DNA from: a virus
Lineage: Duplodnaviria; Caudoviricetes
Direction: 5' to 3' (one strand)
Length of the DNA stretch: 28,278 nucleotides
Virus record (IMG/VR): IMGVR_UViG_3300025598_001677
Location: 1-28,278 of that record
The position numbers and the translations under genes were made by a program. The notes under the pieces are model-generated. The model did not search any database, was not told the DNA's origin, and saw nothing but the letters and a program-made list of their open reading frames with translations. Positions 24,420-28,278 of this stretch are shown here, piece by piece. Position 1 is the first letter of the stretch; each line of letters opens with the position of its first letter.

Positions 24420-24758
24420 CTAGTCTTCTCGCGCTCCAATCTTGTCCAAGCGCGCTGCAACTCGTTTGACAGCCTGACGAGTTCCTTCAACCGTTTCGCA
24501 GTTATCGGGCGTTTCTGCCGCATTTAAAGCCTCCGACACGATAGCCCCGATCTTCTGTAGGGCATCCGCATAAGATTTTATATCTCGTATCGCCCCCTCT
24601 TGTATATCCCCTACCCGTACTACTCCGGTACGGGTTACTTCGTAGGCGTTCAATGCTTCGACGATCAGTTTATCCGCTGAAAAATCAAGCTCCGCACTCA
24701 AGAGCTTCATGCGCCGATGGGCGGCCGGGGAAATTTTTAAACTTTTTTGCGTAGCCAT
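24420..24758 (-). CDS. Ribbon-helix-helix-like transcriptional regulator
   Basis: N-terminal KSLKISPAAHRRMKLLSAELDFSADKLIVEALNAY fits the Arc/CopG strand-helix-helix pattern. Helical C-terminus. Confidence 0.7.
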   Translation of the reverse strand: MATQKSLKISPAAHRRMKLLSAELDFSADKLIVEALNAYEVTRTGVVRVGDIQEGAIRDIKSYADALQKIGAIVSEALNAAETPDNCETVEGTRQAVKRVAARLDKIGARED

Positions 24759-24840
24759 TTCAACAACTTAGGTGGAGAAAGTCACTTTTCTTAAAACTCC
24801 CTATTGACTAACTATCTACTTATCCACTAATCTAGAAAAC
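24759..24840. promoter_or_regulatory. Divergent promoter/operator region (genetic switch)
   Basis: AT-rich. Plus strand TTGACT-18nt-TAATCT (24804-24833). Minus strand TTAAGA-18nt-TAAGTT (24794-24765). Inverted repeat AAAGT-C-ACTTT (24778-24788) and three 8-nt-period repeats ctatctac/ttatccac/taatctag. Confidence 0.65.
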
Positions 24841-25071
24841 GTGAGCAGCAAAAACACAAAAGCACAGAAAAGTATACCAGAGAAATTAGTCACGATCATG
24901 GCTTTTGAGTCTGATCGAAACAAGATCAAGGCGTTTGCTCATCACGTGGCGAAAAAGACCATCTTCGCCGTGATTTCCGATCTTGTATCAACCCTACCCG
25001 AAGTTGTCGTATCGGCCAAGTCCTCACGGTCCTTGAGCCAAACGGGACGAACGCGGGGCGAAATTCGTTAG
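24841..25071 (+). CDS. Small regulator, probably ribbon-helix-helix
   Basis: 76 aa, LVTIMAFESDRNKIKAFA...KKTIFAVISDLV pattern, first gene of the early operon. Confidence 0.6.
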   Translation: MSSKNTKAQKSIPEKLVTIMAFESDRNKIKAFAHHVAKKTIFAVISDLVSTLPEVVVSAKSSRSLSQTGRTRGEIR

Positions 25072-25097
25072 GACTTTGGGGCTACGAGGAGAAACCA

Positions 25098-25331
25098 ATG
25101 ATTAGCAACTTTCCAATGGGCGCGAGTACTGACAGCACAGCGCCGTTTAACGCAGTGGACGCGGTGACCTGGTGCGATCTCTGCGAACAGCCATGTGACC
25201 AGGCGACAAGCAAGCTGGTGACAGACGGGCCTGTTACGGATCGGATCTGTAGCGAGTGCGTGAAGCTCCTGGAGACGTGCCAACAGCAAGCCGTAGACGA
25301 GCTTCGTGGCGTTGTGGCGGTGTGCCGATGA
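25098..25331 (+). CDS. C4 zinc-finger protein
   Basis: CDLC...ICSEC (ClpX ZBD-like spacing), AGGAG RBS. Confidence 0.7.
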   Translation: MISNFPMGASTDSTAPFNAVDAVTWCDLCEQPCDQATSKLVTDGPVTDRICSECVKLLETCQQQAVDELRGVVAVCR

Positions 25332-25705
25332 TGGTCCCATTTGCCTACATCTGTGACTCCTGCAAGGTTCGCGGCGAAGAGTTCGGGCACATGCCGCAGT
25401 GCCGTGAGACGGTCAGCGCAGAGTGTCACACCGATTGCTGTGTGAATTGCGCGACGGGTGGCAGCTACCGCGATGATGAAGCCAACACCGTTGTTTGTAA
25501 GCCGTGCTGGGCGGCTAGGAATCGCGTTAAGGTGACGCGGGAGAAAATCTGGTACTCAGACTGCCCGCAGCCGATTGAAGGCTACCTAGCAATGCCGTAT
25601 GTGTATTTCACGGCATTTTGGCGGAATTGGAACCCGGATTGGTATGTCGCGGTTATGCGCGTCGAGCTTGGCGCACCTGACGTAGTGCTGGCGGTGGCGG
25701 CATGA
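25328..25705 (+). CDS. Cys-rich zinc-binding hypothetical protein
   Basis: Start re-called to ATG 25328 (ATGA overlap). Motifs CDSC, C-x6-C, CVNC and CKPC. Confidence 0.65.
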   Translation: MMVPFAYICDSCKVRGEEFGHMPQCRETVSAECHTDCCVNCATGGSYRDDEANTVVCKPCWAARNRVKVTREKIWYSDCPQPIEGYLAMPYVYFTAFWRNWNPDWYVAVMRVELGAPDVVLAVAA

Positions 25706-25854
25706 GCTTTGACGATTTCCTAATGCTGCCCGTTCCGGTGCTGATTGCCGCGACGGTGGCGGCGGTGTTGGTGATTTGGCTGGCGGGCAATGCCGTTATC
25801 ACGGCGACCGGGGGTGCGGTGGACATGGTGCGGTTTGCGAGGGGGAAGAGATGA
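25702..25854 (+). CDS. 50-aa single-TM membrane protein
   Basis: Not in the ORF track. MSFDDFLMLPVPVLIAATVAAVLVIWLAG..., with ATGA overlaps at both ends. Confidence 0.65.
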   Translation: MSFDDFLMLPVPVLIAATVAAVLVIWLAGNAVITATGGAVDMVRFARGKR

Positions 25855-26054
25855 GGGCGATCTGGTTTTGTTTGGTGCACCTGAACGCGCAAGTGTGCGG
25901 CTACCCCGAATGGTACGCGCGGGGAACTATGCCGGGGTGGCTGCAAGCGCACTTCGAGCGGCACTTCTTTGAGTGCGAACGATGCACCGATGACACAGAG
26001 GCAGCGCAGGATTGGCTTGAGGTTGCGGAGATTGTGAAACGGGGGAGCAAGTGA
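25851..26054 (+). CDS. Stand-alone zf-HC2 / ZAS (anti-sigma-type zinc finger) protein
   Basis: Start re-called to ATG 25851. Y..G.M......FERHFFECERC carries the HxxxCxxC motif. Confidence 0.7.
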   Translation: MRAIWFCLVHLNAQVCGYPEWYARGTMPGWLQAHFERHFFECERCTDDTEAAQDWLEVAEIVKRGSK

Positions 26055-26176
26055 AACAGATTGAGCCATACGCAAAGATTCCGGACGGGTGGGAGTACGG
26101 TGTCAGGTCTCCGAACAATACCTACGATTGGATCAACTTTAAGTGGACCGAAACCCAAGAGGAGGTAGAGGCGTGA
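26051..26176 (+). CDS. 41-aa hypothetical protein
   Basis: Not in the ORF track. GGGGAG RBS and GTGA overlaps at both ends. MKQIEPYAKIPDGWEYGV... Confidence 0.55.
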   Translation: MKQIEPYAKIPDGWEYGVRSPNNTYDWINFKWTETQEEVEA

Positions 26177-27174
26177 GCAGCGAACTAGCAGTAATGGAGC
26201 AACAGCAACAGGTTCAATCGTTTGAGTGGACTCCTGAAAAAACACAGCTTCTAAAAGACACGATTTGCAAGGGCGCCAGCGATGAAGAGTTACGGCTGTT
26301 TGCCGAGGTTTGCAAATCAAAGAAGCTCGACCCATTTTCAAAGCAGATTTATGCCATGAAACGGTATGACTCGACGCTTCGCCGGGAAACCATCACGTTT
26401 CAGACGGGCATAGACGGGTTCCGAACCCTGGCTCAAAGAACGGGCCATTACGCAGGGCAGGACGCGCCGGAATGGTGCGGGGACGATGGGCAGTGGGTAG
26501 ACGTGTGGCTGAAGGATCAAGCGCCAGCGGCCGCGCGTGTGTCGGTTTACCGTCACGGCTTCGTCAAGCCCACATGCCGAGTCGCCCTTTACCGGGAGTA
26601 TCTGCAAACCGACAGAGAAGGCAAGCCTAATTCCATGTGGCGCAAGATGCCAGCGAACCAGCTTGCCAAGTGCGCGGAAGCCTTGGCGCTTCGTGCGGCA
26701 TTCCCGGAAGAGTTGAGCGGCTTGTATACCTCGGACGAGATGGGCCAAGCCGATAACTACACGCCAACGACAGAAGAAGCCAGAAAAGAAGTCATTGCGC
26801 GGCGGTTGAAGGAGACGGCGGCAACGCCAAGCTCCGAAGAGGAACCAACGCGGGAACAATTCGAGGCCATCGTGAAGGCCGCGAAGGTGCCGCAACTGAA
26901 CTTCATCATGGTCAAGCTAAACGAGCGGTTCATCCAGCATTGCGGCGGGGAAGTGCCAGCATCCCTTCAACAGCTTGCACTCATCAACGACGCGAAGGCC
27001 GGCGCAAAGCATTGGCGCGATCTGGACGAAAACCAACGCAAGGCGGTTGCCCTGGCGATGTTTGACAAGTTGCAGGAGCCGATGCCGGCGGCAGAGATGC
27101 AGCAAGCGCGGAAGGCTATTGAGCAGCTTTGCCGTGAGGTCGAGACAGCCGAGAAACAACAGGTGGAGGTTTAG
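26173..27174 (+). CDS. bet: Phage recombination protein Bet (Redbeta/RecT family ssDNA annealing protein)
   Basis: Motifs EL..F...C....LDPF.KQIY, QTGIDGFR..A.R.G.Y.G and W.KMP..QLAKCAE..ALR.AFP. Start re-called to GTG 26173 (GGAGG RBS). Confidence 0.93.
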   Translation: MSSELAVMEQQQQVQSFEWTPEKTQLLKDTICKGASDEELRLFAEVCKSKKLDPFSKQIYAMKRYDSTLRRETITFQTGIDGFRTLAQRTGHYAGQDAPEWCGDDGQWVDVWLKDQAPAAARVSVYRHGFVKPTCRVALYREYLQTDREGKPNSMWRKMPANQLAKCAEALALRAAFPEELSGLYTSDEMGQADNYTPTTEEARKEVIARRLKETAATPSSEEEPTREQFEAIVKAAKVPQLNFIMVKLNERFIQHCGGEVPASLQQLALINDAKAGAKHWRDLDENQRKAVALAMFDKLQEPMPAAEMQQARKAIEQLCREVETAEKQQVEV

Positions 27175-27588
27175 ATGCCATCAATGAATCAGGTTTTCAT
27201 CGCGGGGCATTTGGGAAAAGATGCCTTGGTCTCCTTCACCCCAACGGGCAAGTCGGTCACCAAGTTCTCGGTAGCGACTACCCGCAAGTGGAAGGACGAG
27301 CGCAACGAGTGGAAGGAAGAAACCACGTGGCTCAACGTTGTCGTCTGGGGGAAGGATTGGCTTGGGCCGAAGCTCCTTCGAGGCGTGGGTGTGATGGTCA
27401 AGGGTCGTTTGTCTGTCAGCAATTACCAAAACAAAGACGGCCAGAAAGTCTGGAGAACGGAGATCGTGGCCGAGGACTGCATGATCGTGGAGGGCAAAGA
27501 GAAGGACGAGACAGCGCCACGGCAGAGCGCACCGCAGGAGCCAAGGCCGCACGAGGACGCGATTAGTGATGACGATGTGCCGTTTTGA
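27175..27588 (+). CDS. ssb: Single-stranded DNA-binding protein
   Basis: MN.V...GHLGKD, FSVAT, T.W..VV.WG, KGRL and acidic tail DDDVPF. Confidence 0.96.
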   Translation: MPSMNQVFIAGHLGKDALVSFTPTGKSVTKFSVATTRKWKDERNEWKEETTWLNVVVWGKDWLGPKLLRGVGVMVKGRLSVSNYQNKDGQKVWRTEIVAEDCMIVEGKEKDETAPRQSAPQEPRPHEDAISDDDVPF

Positions 27589-27676
27589 GGCTTGAATGAT
27601 TAACTACTTTTGGAAATTCAAAAAAAGCGCGATGGGCAGACGCGGCTGGGCGATGGCTAAAGGAGCGGCAGCATAA

Positions 27677-28278
27677 ATGGAGCAAACAGAAAACAAACAA
27701 GCGCTTGCTATGGCGCATCAATGGACGCACGACGGCAGAGAAGTGATGCTGGTGAAGTGCGTCGGCAAAGACGGCACCAGCTATAACGGTTTTAGGTGGC
27801 CGCTTGAAATAGGCGCTACCGTGGAAGCGCCCGACTGGGACGCCAAGGCCGAATGCGGCCACGGCCTGCACGGCTGGCCGTGGGGTTTACACATCGGCGA
27901 CGGGAAAGACCCGGATTGGTCTTCCACTTGGATCATATTTGGCGCACTGCCAGCAGAAGTAATCGACCTCGGCGGGAAGTGCAAGGCCAAGCAATGCGTG
28001 ATCCGGCACGTCGGCACGTGGCAAAGTGCAACTGCTTTCGTACTCGCTGGTCAAATGGCGCTTGTCGCCTCTGCGTCTACCGGAACTTCAGCCACGGGCG
28101 ACAGAAGCGCGAGTTTAGCCACGGGCTACAGAAGCGCGAGTTCAGCCACGGGCTACAGCAGCGCGAGTTCAGCCACGGGCGACAGAAGCGCGAGTTTAGC
28201 CACGGGCGACAGAAGCGCGAGTTTAGCCACGGGCGACAGAAGCGCGAGTTTAGCCACGGGCTACAGCAGCGCGAGTTT
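27677..28278 (+). CDS. Phage protein with C..GLH N-terminal domain and ATGxxSAS 9-aa repeats (DUF7666-like, truncated by the window)
   Basis: Not in the ORF track. AAGGAG RBS, open to the window end. GF.WP...G..VEAPDW....ECGHGLHGWPWG followed by repeats. Confidence 0.8.
   Translation, partial: MEQTENKQALAMAHQWTHDGREVMLVKCVGKDGTSYNGFRWPLEIGATVEAPDWDAKAECGHGLHGWPWGLHIGDGKDPDWSSTWIIFGALPAEVIDLGGKCKAKQCVIRHVGTWQSATAFVLAGQMALVASASTGTSATGDRSASLATGYRSASSATGYSSASSATGDRSASLATGDRSASLATGDRSASLATGYSSAS
28091..28278 (+). repeat. Coding tandem repeat, 27-nt unit, at least 7 copies
   Basis: GCCACGGGC(G/T)ACAG(A/C)AGCGCGAGTT(T/C)A, encoding ATG(D/Y)(R/S)SAS(L/S). Confidence 0.95.

Noticed and set aside
24031-24527. 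Plus-strand ORFs 24031..24234 and 24171..24527
   Set aside because: No protein-like motifs. They overlap the RHH gene, terminator and promoter on the opposite strand.
27596-27676. 26-aa ORF between ssb and the repeat protein, containing an A7 run
   Set aside because: Too short to support, and there is no evidence for programmed frameshifting.
28091-28278. CRISPR array or DGR template/variable repeat
   Set aside because: Units are contiguous with no spacers, stay in frame within a CDS, and vary at positions that are not adenine-specific on one strand. No cas or reverse transcriptase gene is in the window.
1-28278. Stop-codon recoding
   Set aside because: Core genes are intact in the standard code, TAA, TAG and TGA all terminate genes, and the only tRNA reads AUG.

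Overview
The window is a 28-kb internal piece of a tailed dsDNA phage or prophage genome with a lambdoid/P22-like layout. Positions 1-21260 are a minus-strand late operon: small membrane and secreted proteins, a 966-aa signal-peptide LamG/SGNH protein, a GH24 endolysin, TerS, TerL, portal, scaffold, major capsid protein, adaptor and a 1193-aa nozzle-like tail protein, which suggests a podovirus. Positions 24841-28278 are a plus-strand early operon: Zn-finger ORFs, a stand-alone ZAS anti-sigma domain, Bet/RecT, SSB and a protein with 9-aa repeats. Two divergent ribbon-helix-helix-like genes at 24420-25071 sit where the immunity switch is expected. The most unusual part is 20990-24420, where replication and antiterminator genes would normally lie but none is recognisable. 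It holds (a) a ~370-nt structured leader RNA with its own promoter directly upstream of an HNH nuclease, (b) a second ~280-nt structured RNA on the opposite strand, (c) a cassette of two small ORFs plus an initiator tRNA with a non-canonical anticodon stem, (d) several apparently leaderless transcripts, and (e) a small protein resembling the PLMP/RRXRR RNA-binding domain of IscB. An Acidobacteria-like host is only a weak guess. All calls come from reading by eye; no searches or folding programs were run.
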